Assembly (NCBI GenBank): GCA_040377305.1
Contig: JBEIPA010000017.1
Coordinates: 32,001 to 96,000, forward strand
Source: Flavobacteriales bacterium
GTDB lineage: Bacteria; Bacteroidota; Bacteroidia; Palsa-965
Length of the DNA stretch: 64,000 nt
Direction: 5' to 3'
This document shows positions 49,241 to 58,800 of the stretch, in pieces. A program made the translations under genes and the position numbers. The notes under the pieces were generated by a model. It searched no databases and had not been told where the DNA came from. It saw nothing but the letters and a program-made list of their open reading frames with translations. Numbering within the stretch: position 1 is the stretch's first letter; each line of letters starts with the position of its first letter.

Positions 49241-50040
49241 CAGTCATTTTTTTTCGCACGTTCCCAATACACATCCATCTCCGCCAGAGTCATTTCACCC
49301 ATCTTCTTTCCGTCATTCTGCGATTCACGTTCAAGATACTGAAAACGTCGGATAAATTTCTTATTCGTTCGCTCTAATGCATCCTCAGGATTAACACCTA
49401 AAAAACGTGCGTAATTAATTAACGCAAACATTACATCACCAAATTCATCCTCCAGTTTCTCAACCTTGCTTCCTTGTTTAACCTCTACGAGCAATTCTTC
49501 CATCTCCTCGTACACTTTCCCCCACACCTGTTCCGGTTTTTCCCAATCAAATCCAACTGCACGCGCTTTCTCTTGTATGCGTGTAGACTTTACCATTGCG
49601 GGCAGTGAAACCGGGACGCCGGTTAACACCGAACGAAATCCGTCAGCGGTAATACTATCCTTTTCCTTCAGCTTGATCTTCTCCCAATTCTCCTTCACCT
49701 GTTCTTCATTCTCGACTTTCACATCGCCGTAAATGTGCGGATGGCGATTAATTAATTTATCGCACTCTGCATGAATTACGTCCGCTATATCGAAATCCTT
49801 CGTTTCACTTCCGATACGGGCATAGAAAACAATGTGCAACAGTACATCGCCCAGCTCTTTCTTAATTCCGTCCATATTCTTGTCGAGAATCGCATCCCCC
49901 AGCTCATACATTTCCTCAATGGTAAGATGACGGAGACTTTCGAAGGTTTGTTTTTTATCCCACGGACATTGCTCACGCAGTTCATCCATGATTTGCAACA
50001 TTCTTCCGAATGCTTCCTTTTGCGCCGTATAATCCTTCAT
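49240..50040 (-). CDS. mazG: nucleoside triphosphate pyrophosphohydrolase
   Basis: LREQCPWD..QT, EE.YEL.DAI, ELGDVLL, RHPH, GFDW, EFGD..F, N.KF..RF. Confidence 0.96.
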   Translation of the reverse strand: MKDYTAQKEAFGRMLQIMDELREQCPWDKKQTFESLRHLTIEEMYELGDAILDKNMDGIKKELGDVLLHIVFYARIGSETKDFDIADVIHAECDKLINRHPHIYGDVKVENEEQVKENWEKIKLKEKDSITADGFRSVLTGVPVSLPAMVKSTRIQEKARAVGFDWEKPEQVWGKVYEEMEELLVEVKQGSKVEKLEDEFGDVMFALINYARFLGVNPEDALERTNKKFIRRFQYLERESQNDGKKMGEMTLAEMDVYWERAKKND

Positions 50041-50107
50041 GAATTCACAATTTTTCGGCTTCGAAGTTAGCCATTAGAACCAGTGAAACTATTCTTATTT
50101 TCGCAGA

Positions 50108-51235
50108 ATGTCGCTGCGCCGATTTTCACTGTTAATTACCGCTATTCTGGCACCCTTGTTTTTGTTCTCGCAAACGGAAACAGTGATTAGTACGCCTGCA
50201 GGCTATTACCTCGGCATTGGTGGTGGCTATGGATTTCTATGGGCGCACCGACCTACAATGTCGCACCTCGTAAACAAACACATTCCTGCATTGGAAGTAA
50301 GTCTTTCGAAAACGACCAATCAAACCCAGTGTTGGCATCTGCCTTACAAAAATCCGCAGAGTGGTGCTTCATTTACCGTTATTCCATTGGGAGATGATCG
50401 GCTCGGCACAGCTTACGGGCTCTATCCGTTTGTGATGTTGCCCTTACGTGAGAATGCAAAGAAACTCAATCTCAATATTCAACTTGGCTGGGGAATTGGT
50501 TGGATCACCAACAAGTTTGATCCGCTTGAGAATCACAAGAACAATGCAATTGGTTCCAATCTCAACACCTGTATTCTCATTCGCGGTACGCTGAAATACG
50601 AGTGTTCCGATAAACTGCAGTTCGAGGCCGGAGTTGGAATGACACATTTCTCCAATGGTGCAATGTCTCTGCCGAATCTGGGTTTGAATATTCCCATGAT
50701 TGCAGCAGGATTCCATTACCGAATCGGATTAGTGAATGAACAATGTGATCAATCTGTAAAAGACCGCGTCTTGCGCACAGATTCACTGGTCAATGACAGA
50801 CATTGGCACTTAACCATGACCGCGAATCTTGGCATGAATGACATTGCTGCACCCGGCGGAAATCGTTTCGGTATCGCGAACGTACAGTTTACGTACATGA
50901 AAAACACCGCACGTAAACATCGGTTTGGTGGAGGACTTGATGTGATGTACAGCCAGGGCGTTCGACACATCATGGTGTACAACGATGATCCAACAACAAC
51001 ACTACAAGCCGTTCAGGTAGGTGTAAAATTCAGTTATGAATTAGTATTCGGCAGATTTTACATGCCCTACGAAATGGGGGTATATGTACTTTCCAAATAC
51101 AAAGAAGCGGGACCCGTGTATAATCGGATCGGTGCGCGATACCTGATTAATGATCATCTCATTGCAAGTATTACGCTGAAAACACATTTAGCGCGGGCAG
51201 AACATTGGGAAATCGGATTCGGTTGGAGAATATGA
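50108..51235 (+). CDS. outer-membrane beta-barrel, acyloxyacyl hydrolase / PagL-like
   Basis: Signal peptide; N..NNAIGS, HFSNG...PNLG.N; C-terminal GFGWRI. Confidence 0.78.
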   Translation: MSLRRFSLLITAILAPLFLFSQTETVISTPAGYYLGIGGGYGFLWAHRPTMSHLVNKHIPALEVSLSKTTNQTQCWHLPYKNPQSGASFTVIPLGDDRLGTAYGLYPFVMLPLRENAKKLNLNIQLGWGIGWITNKFDPLENHKNNAIGSNLNTCILIRGTLKYECSDKLQFEAGVGMTHFSNGAMSLPNLGLNIPMIAAGFHYRIGLVNEQCDQSVKDRVLRTDSLVNDRHWHLTMTANLGMNDIAAPGGNRFGIANVQFTYMKNTARKHRFGGGLDVMYSQGVRHIMVYNDDPTTTLQAVQVGVKFSYELVFGRFYMPYEMGVYVLSKYKEAGPVYNRIGARYLINDHLIASITLKTHLARAEHWEIGFGWRI

Positions 51236-51990
51236 ACAGAGCAAAATACATACCGTTAGCAATTTGTTTGCTCGTTGTAATCCTGAGTGGAATTCAGGGA
51301 TGCAAGAAGGAGAACATGTGCGATTGCATCAAACGTACTGGTGACGTTATAACGGAAACGCGTACGATCGAACCATTCACTGCACTATTCATTGAAGATA
51401 AAGTGAATGTCATTCTTACAGAAAATGCAGCACTTACAACAGAACTGAAAGTTGAAGCCGGAGAAAATCTTATTCCGCTCATCAAAACCGAAGTTGTAAA
51501 TGGTATCCTGCGAATCAAAAATGCCAACAAGTGCGACTTCATGCGCAAGTATGATGTTCCGGTAAACATCTATGTAAATTACAATCCGAACATTGTTCGT
51601 ATAACAAACAAGGGTACGGGCTTAGTATCGAACACCGATACATGTACTGCTTCAAATGTCGATCTGGAAACTATCAGCGCAGGAGATATCAAGCTCAACG
51701 TTGATGCAGGAACCATTCTTACACATCAACACAGTGCGGGCGATGTGGAACTTTACGGAACCGCGAATGAAGTGATCATCTACAACACGGGCAACGGATT
51801 CACACTTACCGACGAATGCCAGGTTGATTACGCCTGGGTGTACACGCGTACCACCGGAAAAATTACAGTCCATACAACCGGCTTGCTTATCAGTGAAATT
51901 GAAGGTCCGGGCAATGTATACTATCGAGGTGAGCCTACGGAAATCAACTCTACAGAGAACGGAGAAGGCCGCCTTTTACCATTGCAGTAA
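51232..51990 (+). CDS. GIN/DUF2807 head-domain lipoprotein
   Basis: Lipobox IQGC; G.VITETR, VEAGENL, GPGNVYYRG, GEGRL; ATGA overlap with the upstream gene. Confidence 0.82.
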   Translation: MNRAKYIPLAICLLVVILSGIQGCKKENMCDCIKRTGDVITETRTIEPFTALFIEDKVNVILTENAALTTELKVEAGENLIPLIKTEVVNGILRIKNANKCDFMRKYDVPVNIYVNYNPNIVRITNKGTGLVSNTDTCTASNVDLETISAGDIKLNVDAGTILTHQHSAGDVELYGTANEVIIYNTGNGFTLTDECQVDYAWVYTRTTGKITVHTTGLLISEIEGPGNVYYRGEPTEINSTENGEGRLLPLQ

Positions 51991-52051
51991 GACGCAACTT
52001 TTTGAAGATTTTGCGTCTATAGGGCACAGTTCTTGCCATCTTTGTACAGTT

Positions 52052-53341
52052 ATGACACGGAATTTCCTTTTCACAGCAGTCCTTGCAATTTTTTCAACGT
52101 GTGTTTTTGCTCAGGGAGCAGATTACGTTTCCGAAAAAGTGATCCGTTACGACGATCGCGTCTATGAGCCTACAATTGCAACCGTGCTTCTCAGCCCTGA
52201 TCTGCCAAGCATGCTGCCACCAATCATTGCATTGAATTCCGAAGAGCAATTGTTTTTCTCCTTCGATGATCTCACCGGCGACATGAGGCAACTTTCGTAC
52301 ACGGTTGTGCATTGCAACGCAAAATGGGAACCATCTGATTGCAGCGTGAGTGACTACCTCGACGGATTTTACGAGCAGGAAATTTCCTCATACAATTATT
52401 CCAGGAACACCTTGCAGCGATACATTCACTACAACTCTACTTTCCCGCATGATAATTTCAAAATTCTTATCTCCGGAAATTATGTGCTGAAAGTTTTTGA
52501 AACCGGTAGTCAGGACAGTCTCGTGCTCACGAAACGATTCATGGTGTATGAGAAAAAAGTGGAACTCTCCGGAGATGTTCATGCTCCAACAATTGTTGCC
52601 GACCGCAATTACAAACAGGAAATAGATTTCATCGTATCCTACTCGACTCCTGATATTACAAATCCCTTCCAGGAAATCTACCCGGTAATTCTTCAGAATG
52701 GTCGCTGGGACAATGCGATTACTGGCTTGCAACCTCAGTTTCTCATGGACAAAGAGCTGCGTTACGATTACGAAGATGTGAACGTGTTCAAAGGCGGTAA
52801 AGAATTTCGTTGGTTCGACACGCGTACATTGCGTTTGAATACAGAGCGCGTAGAGAAAATCACCAAGGATTCAACCTACCATGTTTACCTGCTCGCCGAT
52901 GAACGCAGAACGTTTAAACGGTACATGAACAATGCCGACATCAACGGAAAATATCTCGTAAAGACGCAGGATAATGAAGATGATGAAATTGAAGCTGAGT
53001 ATAGTTACGTTCACTTTTTTCTCGCGTGGCCCGTTCAGGAAATGGGAGGCAACATGTACGTCATGGGTTCTATGACCGACTGGCAATGCACATCGAAAAA
53101 CAAAATGACTTATGATAAAGTTAAACGCGGGTACGAATGCGTTCTCTATCTCAAGCAGGGTTACTACAATTACCAGTATGCATTTCTCAAAGACGGAGAA
53201 GTTGCAGCCGACGAATACACGGCCGAGGGTATGAACCAAGAGACCGAAAACGACTATTGGATTCTGATCTATCTGAGAAAACCGGGTGCGAGAACAGATG
53301 AGTTAATAGCGGTAAAGCGCCTCAATTCACGCATTCACTAG
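52052..53341 (+). CDS. T9SS plug protein (DUF5103 family)
   Basis: Signal peptide from ATG 52052; FSFDDL, HCN..W..S, SGNY, QNGRW, GG.EFR.FD, LKQGYYNY.Y, ETENDY. Confidence 0.8.
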   Translation: MTRNFLFTAVLAIFSTCVFAQGADYVSEKVIRYDDRVYEPTIATVLLSPDLPSMLPPIIALNSEEQLFFSFDDLTGDMRQLSYTVVHCNAKWEPSDCSVSDYLDGFYEQEISSYNYSRNTLQRYIHYNSTFPHDNFKILISGNYVLKVFETGSQDSLVLTKRFMVYEKKVELSGDVHAPTIVADRNYKQEIDFIVSYSTPDITNPFQEIYPVILQNGRWDNAITGLQPQFLMDKELRYDYEDVNVFKGGKEFRWFDTRTLRLNTERVEKITKDSTYHVYLLADERRTFKRYMNNADINGKYLVKTQDNEDDEIEAEYSYVHFFLAWPVQEMGGNMYVMGSMTDWQCTSKNKMTYDKVKRGYECVLYLKQGYYNYQYAFLKDGEVAADEYTAEGMNQETENDYWILIYLRKPGARTDELIAVKRLNSRIH

Positions 53342-53477
53342 TGCCGGTTTCGACCATTGGTCAGAAACCCAAGGAGAAATCTGTTAAAATGGTCGTTTTC
53401 AGCAGTGTCATGTTGAGAAAGAGTCGACGAATAAATTGTTTTTCCAGTGATACTGCTCTAAACTTGTAGACGATATC

Positions 53478-53864
53478 ATGGTAACACGCATCACAAAAGG
53501 CATTCGGATTAGTGTAACCTGTAGGTATCAGGAATTATATTCCCGTCCTGAGAGCAAACACTTTTTCTTTTCGTACCGCGTGCGCATAGAAAACACGTCG
53601 AGTCACACCGTGCAACTCATGCGTCGCCATTGGTTTATTTTCGATGCTGCAACTCAAAAGCAGGAAGTTGAAGGCGAAGGAGTAATCGGACAACAGCCTG
53701 TGCTTTCTCCCGGCGAAGCTTATGAATACGAATCGGCATGTAACCTGACTTCAGAATTAGGAAGTATGCACGGAACGTATTTGTTCAAAAGCATTGAAGA
53801 TGAAACGGAATTCAAAGTGGCAATCCCTCGTTTTGAACTTTCGACTCCGTATCGTCTCAACTAA
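53478..53864 (+). CDS. apaG: ApaG protein
   Basis: F.Y...I.N, VQL..RHW.I.D, EVEGEGVIGQQP.L.PG, GSM.G.Y, IPRF.L. Confidence 0.95.
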   Translation: MVTRITKGIRISVTCRYQELYSRPESKHFFFSYRVRIENTSSHTVQLMRRHWFIFDAATQKQEVEGEGVIGQQPVLSPGEAYEYESACNLTSELGSMHGTYLFKSIEDETEFKVAIPRFELSTPYRLN

Positions 53865-53867
53865 AGC

Positions 53868-53957
53868 GTTGTCATCCCCATAACTATCGGGACGAGTAAA
53901 CTCGAAATTCTGCGGAGCAGTTTGTGTATGGAATACGCTATACCGAGGAATGACAAC
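53868..53957. repeat. GTCAT-ended REP-like element
   Basis: GTTGTCATCCC ... GGAATGACAAC terminal IR with an internal near-palindrome TCCCCATAACTATCGGGA. Confidence 0.55.
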
Positions 53958-54039
53958 CGCCTGAACTAATTCTCTCCCGCTTAACACATTTTAGCGCTTC
54001 CTGACATTCACGCAAAACCATCGTCGTACATTTGCAGCA

Positions 54040-56499
54040 ATGAAATTTTCCCTACCATTCTTTGTATTCATTTGCTTCGTCTTATTCGCGACGAATTCAT
54101 TTGCACAAGCTCCAGCGCAGCAATCTCCTCCACAAATCGGAACAGTTATCGGAATTGTTTCGGACTCTCTGACAGGGCAAAAAATCGAGTATGCTGCGGT
54201 CGCAATTATTGCTGTAACTGATTCAACAGTGAAAGGCGGAGGCATTACGGGTGCGGACGGATCTTTCTCCGTGTCGAAACTTCCTCCGGGGAAATTTATG
54301 GTGCGCATTACATTCATGGGCTACAAGGAATGGTATTCAGCCCCATTCACGATTTCCATGATGAATGTGCAACACGATGCAGGCGCAATCAAACTCAGAG
54401 CGTCTGATGCACAACTCAACACGGTTGTGATCGAAGAGCAACGCAGCGATTACTCGAACAGCATCGACAAGAAAGTGTACGATGTCAATCAGAATATCAC
54501 GAACACAGGTGGCACGGCTACAGAAGTACTGCAAAATATTCCGTCGGTAACAGTTGATATAGACGGCAATGTAAGTTTACGGGGATCTGCAAACGTTACG
54601 ATTCTCATTGACGGAAAGCCTTCGGGCATGACCGGCGACGACCGTCAGGCTGTCCTAGCTCAAATTCCTGCAAGTATGATTGAGCGCATTGAAGTGATTA
54701 CGAATCCTTCTGCGAAATATGATGCGCAGGGAATGGCCGGTATCATCAACATCGTGCTGAAAAAAGAAAAAGGTAAAGGCTACAATGGCACCATTGGCGG
54801 CGGTGTCGGGACAGGAAATAAATACAACGGTAGTGTCAATCTCAATTTGCGCCGTGAGAAAGCAAATTTCTTCGGCAGTTATTCGTATCGGTATGAAGAT
54901 CGCTGGGGAAATTCGTTCGGCGAGCAGAGTACAACAACACCAGATTCTTCATTCCGCTACAACAGTGATGGCGGCAACCTCAGCAGCAGCTATTTTCACA
55001 GCGGAAGAATCGGCACCGACATCTATCTTAATCCGTACAATGCGCTCTCCATTTCCACGGGATACACGTTCAGAAATGAACTGAAAGATGACAGCACACA
55101 TTATTATTTCTACAATGAAGATGATTCACTGACCAGCGACTTTTCTCGCCGTACTGGTGGTTTCGACAAGACCAGCACAATTGATGCGGCCCTCGATTTT
55201 CGTAAGACTTTCCCGGGAAGCAAAAACACATTTTCCTCTGCAGCGTCCTTCACCACGAATCAAAGAAGCGTTCAGAATAATTTCAAGCTCAACTCGTACG
55301 GATTTGAAAATGCACCCTATCAGACGAACAAAGCGAATAACGAATATTACAACGCCATTGTGCAGGCCGATTATAGCCATCCATTCTCCGATTCATTCCG
55401 TATCGAAACGGGTGTGAAATACAACTACCGTCAGTACAGCAATCTTCAGTCAGGTTACCAATATAATTACAGCGACGAGATGTACATTTCTGATCCGCGC
55501 TTTGCCGATCACTTTCAGTACTCCGAAAATGTTGGAGCAGCTTATGTACAAATGAGCATGCATCGCAAGAAACTCGATTACCTTGCCGGTGTGCGCGCAG
55601 AATACACGTACCTCACTGGAACGTCTTCATCACAAGACACGAGCTTCGTGAAAAATTACCTTAACCTGTTTCCGAATGTTGCGGTTCGATACACAACATC
55701 AGGCGGCACAGAAATGCAACTCAGCTATGGACGACGCCTGAACCGTCCGGGGAACTGGCACCTGAATCCATACATCGACTACAGTGATTCGATTAACCTG
55801 CGTACCGGAAATCCATACCTCAATCCGGAGTTTATTCACTCGTTTGACTTCACCATTACGCGTGCACAAATGAAGTACATGTGGTCATTCACATTCTACT
55901 ACCGTCATAGCGACGATGTGATTACGCATGTCAGAACATTTGATCCGGAAACAAACCGTGGACTTATGATGCCGATGAATTATACTTCGGCAGAAAATTA
56001 TGGTGTAGAATACGTGTTACGCGTTCCGTTCAAAAAGAAAGGAAATGTCATGTTGAGCGGTTCTGCATACCTCAATCAGGTGAACGGAGATAACATTGAT
56101 GCTGCACTACAAAGCTCTGCCTTTCACTATAACGCGCGCTTGTCGTTCACGTATAAAATTTTCAAGACAACAACGGCTCAGCTTTCCGGAATGTACTTCT
56201 CACCATTCATTAATCCAATTGGATCTTTCTGGATGAAAGGTGGAGTTGACCTCGGTATTCGTCAGGATATTTTCAAAGGAAAAGCGCAGTTGAGCGCGAA
56301 CCTTACTGACGTATTCAACACCCGCGCATTTGAGGCGACGAATGTTACTCCGCAATACAATTTCAAAGGCGGACGTAAGCGGGAATCGATGGTGCTGATG
56401 CTTTCATTCTCATGGCGCTTCGGAAGCAACGATGAAATATCGAAACGCAAAACGCAACTGAGCGCGCCAAGTGATGAAATGCCGAGTGGCGGATTTTAG
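54040..56499 (+). CDS. TonB-dependent receptor / outer-membrane beta-barrel with carboxypeptidase-regulatory-like N domain
   Basis: Signal peptide; plug L.NIPSV.VD.DGN.SLRG, IEVITNPSAKYDA.G.AGIINI; GNP.L.PE; terminal FSWRFG. Confidence 0.9.
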   Translation: MKFSLPFFVFICFVLFATNSFAQAPAQQSPPQIGTVIGIVSDSLTGQKIEYAAVAIIAVTDSTVKGGGITGADGSFSVSKLPPGKFMVRITFMGYKEWYSAPFTISMMNVQHDAGAIKLRASDAQLNTVVIEEQRSDYSNSIDKKVYDVNQNITNTGGTATEVLQNIPSVTVDIDGNVSLRGSANVTILIDGKPSGMTGDDRQAVLAQIPASMIERIEVITNPSAKYDAQGMAGIINIVLKKEKGKGYNGTIGGGVGTGNKYNGSVNLNLRREKANFFGSYSYRYEDRWGNSFGEQSTTTPDSSFRYNSDGGNLSSSYFHSGRIGTDIYLNPYNALSISTGYTFRNELKDDSTHYYFYNEDDSLTSDFSRRTGGFDKTSTIDAALDFRKTFPGSKNTFSSAASFTTNQRSVQNNFKLNSYGFENAPYQTNKANNEYYNAIVQADYSHPFSDSFRIETGVKYNYRQYSNLQSGYQYNYSDEMYISDPRFADHFQYSENVGAAYVQMSMHRKKLDYLAGVRAEYTYLTGTSSSQDTSFVKNYLNLFPNVAVRYTTSGGTEMQLSYGRRLNRPGNWHLNPYIDYSDSINLRTGNPYLNPEFIHSFDFTITRAQMKYMWSFTFYYRHSDDVITHVRTFDPETNRGLMMPMNYTSAENYGVEYVLRVPFKKKGNVMLSGSAYLNQVNGDNIDAALQSSAFHYNARLSFTYKIFKTTTAQLSGMYFSPFINPIGSFWMKGGVDLGIRQDIFKGKAQLSANLTDVFNTRAFEATNVTPQYNFKGGRKRESMVLMLSFSWRFGSNDEISKRKTQLSAPSDEMPSGGF

Positions 56500-56511
56500 G
56501 AACGAGGAATT

Positions 56512-56704
56512 GGAACGCGGATTTCCAAGTCTGTTGGTTGCTAGTCTCTCGCCCGGATGAATCTACTAAATTTCAAATATCGTATTTGGATTTTATGAGA
56601 TAAACTCAAGCCTATCTCATAAAATCAAATTTCACACAGCTGCTAATTACCGGAGTGATCCGAGTGATCGGCTAACACGCCTCGGACATAGAAATCCGCG
56701 TTCC
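56512..56704. repeat. nested palindromic element, copy B (complete)
   Basis: 14-bp perfect outer IR GGAACGCGGATTTC; middle CCCGGATGA/TGATCCGAG; inner GATTTTATGAGATA-10 nt-TATCTCATAAAATC. Confidence 0.88.
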
Positions 56705-56720
56705 CTTTTCGCGTTCCTTT

Positions 56721-57107
56721 TTAGTTGTGATTTCCGCGCTGTTCCAGCAACCACTTACACGCATTCTCCTCATTCGAAAACATCCTGAACGGAGTTGCTG
56801 GACGAAAAATTCTCAGAAAGAGATTCAGCGAAATTTTTGAAAAAGGATTCGGATTGATCACCGCGGTTGCCAGTCGGTTGCTCACATTCTGCGCAGCGAA
56901 TTCCTGTGCTTCTTTTGTAACGGTGTGACTGGATGTCGCATCAATGAGCACAAGAATTTTTCCTTCGCCGCATAAACGACGAATAGTTTCGAACTGCAGC
57001 CTGGCCTGCGGAAGACCTATGACCGCACTTTCGTTGATCTTAATGCGAAGAATTCCATCGTCGCCATAAGACATTATAACTGTTTCAAGAACCGCCTCTT
57101 TCGCCAT
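56721..57107 (-). CDS. small STAS/SpoIIAA-like hypothetical protein
   Basis: VLID......TKEA..F, A.A.I, N.FL....P..P.RMF..E..A..WL pattern; TACTTTTG upstream. Confidence 0.7.
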   Translation of the reverse strand: MAKEAVLETVIMSYGDDGILRIKINESAVIGLPQARLQFETIRRLCGEGKILVLIDATSSHTVTKEAQEFAAQNVSNRLATAVINPNPFSKISLNLFLRIFRPATPFRMFSNEENACKWLLEQRGNHN

Positions 57108-57194
57108 ACTCAGTAACCGGGGGATGTACTAACAGACGCAAAAGTAGACCCATTCTGTATGCCCTCCGGTGAGCTTTATACAAGTGGCAGGAAT

Positions 57195-57316
57195 CAGTAG
57201 GCAGTCGGCAGTTTGGCAGTTGGCAGTCAAATTCGCCTAAAAAGTACCAAAGCGGTCGATTTAGTTGACAAATTATCCCATTTACTGCCTATTGCTTACT
57301 GCCCTACTGCCTACTG
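57195..57316. repeat. 7-nt-period inverted array (GGCAGT family) upstream of tig
   Basis: CAGTAGGCAGTCGGCAGTTTGGCAGTTGGCAGT faces ACTGCCTATTGCTTACTGCCCTACTGCCTACTG. Confidence 0.75.
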
Positions 57317-57321
57317 TTTCT

Positions 57322-57329
57322 TATCTTTG
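57322..57329 (+). promoter_or_regulatory. -7 promoter element of tig-clpP
   Basis: TATCTTTG is a perfect TAnnTTTG, 58 nt before the ATG. Confidence 0.7.
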
Positions 57330-57387
57330 CCCGCTTAATTAATCCTCCAAAATCCTTCAAAAACGGACTGCGGAACAATCTGATAAC

Positions 57388-58731
57388 ATGGATATTACAA
57401 AAGAATCAATCGACGAGTTAAATGCGGTTGTGAAACTGAAAGTTACGCCTGCTGATTACACAGACAAGGTGGAGAATGCATTGAAGTCTTACCAGAAGAA
57501 AGTGAGCATGCCTGGATTCCGTCCTGGAAAAGTTCCTGCTTCGCTCGTGCGTAAGATGTACGGCAAATCTGTTCTCGCTGAAGAGCTCAACAGAATTCTA
57601 TCCGATTCACTTTACAATTACATCAAAGAAAATAATCTCGAAGTACTCGGCAATCCACTTCCTAAACCGGAGAACGATAACGTAGACATCGAGAACGCGA
57701 AAGAATTTGAATTTTCTTTCGACATGGCACTCGCACCACAGTTCAGCCTGAACCTCGACGAGAAAACAACCTTCACTGAAATGCAGGTTGCTGCCGATGA
57801 GAAAATCATCAACGAATACGTGAGCGATATCACACGTCGTTACGGACAAATTGTTCCTGCTGAAGTTTCTTCAGAAGGCGATTTGCTTTACGGTGAATTT
57901 GTTGAGTTGAATGATGCTGGTGAGATAGTTCCGGGAGGAATTTTCAAATCATCGTCTATGTTCCTCGACAAGCCTGTGAAAGAAAACCACACCCTTCTTG
58001 TTGGTTTGAAAGCAGACGACAAAGTTGACCTGGATCCTATTCAGGTTTCAGACAACGTGAACGATCGCGCACAGAAACTTGGAATCACTCCGGAACAGGC
58101 TGAAGCATGGAACAACAAATTCCGTTTCACTGTGAAGAGCATCAACACGCTTATTCCTGCTGAACTCACGCAGGATTTGTTTGACAAAGTTTACGGACCC
58201 GGAAACGTTACCAACGAAGCTGAATTCCGCACTCGCATTGCGCAGGAACTTGAGAAAATGTTCTCACGCGACACCGAAGAGCGTTTACGCAGCGACATTG
58301 TGAATACACTTCTTGGTAAAACAAATTTGTCGTTGCCTGATACTTTCCTCAAGCGTTGGCTCGTAGCTGCGAATGAAAAGCCGGTAACCATGGAACAGGT
58401 TGAAGCGGAATACCCGATGTATGCGCGTCAATTGCGCTGGCAGCTTATCGAAAACAAGCTCATCAAAGACAATAATCTCACAGTGACTCCCGACGAAGCA
58501 AAAGAGCACGTGAAAGAAATTCTGAAGGACAACTTCCGCAAGTATGGCAGAAACCCCGACGAAGTGTCTGAGAACGAGTTGAACGATACCGCTGCTCGTG
58601 TGTTGGGCAAAGAAGATGAAGCGAAGAAGATTTTTGAGAATTTATACGCTCAGAAACTCATGACGCTGTATCGTACGAAGTTTAACATCGGAACGAAGAA
58701 AGTTTCTTACGAAGAATTCATCAAAGGCTGA
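57388..58731 (+). CDS. tig: trigger factor
   Basis: MPGFRPGKVP ribosome-binding motif; tig-clpP-clpX synteny. Confidence 0.95.
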   Translation: MDITKESIDELNAVVKLKVTPADYTDKVENALKSYQKKVSMPGFRPGKVPASLVRKMYGKSVLAEELNRILSDSLYNYIKENNLEVLGNPLPKPENDNVDIENAKEFEFSFDMALAPQFSLNLDEKTTFTEMQVAADEKIINEYVSDITRRYGQIVPAEVSSEGDLLYGEFVELNDAGEIVPGGIFKSSSMFLDKPVKENHTLLVGLKADDKVDLDPIQVSDNVNDRAQKLGITPEQAEAWNNKFRFTVKSINTLIPAELTQDLFDKVYGPGNVTNEAEFRTRIAQELEKMFSRDTEERLRSDIVNTLLGKTNLSLPDTFLKRWLVAANEKPVTMEQVEAEYPMYARQLRWQLIENKLIKDNNLTVTPDEAKEHVKEILKDNFRKYGRNPDEVSENELNDTAARVLGKEDEAKKIFENLYAQKLMTLYRTKFNIGTKKVSYEEFIKG

Positions 58732-58800
58732 CCAATTGTCAGTGAATAATCGCTGGCACTGAAGTTGACCCAACCAAAGCATAACCGTAATTTCTAAACT

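Noticed and set aside
51824-52051. Long N-terminal extension of the T9SS plug ORF (likewise the track starts at 38050, 14168, 3621, 36615, 45544 and 51205)
   Set aside because: Downstream ATGs fit signal peptides, -7 boxes or gene overlaps better
53423-53434. GTCGACGAATAA shared between the apaG and phaE upstream regions
   Set aside because: Single copy with no 21-nt partner and a different distance to the -7 box; may be chance
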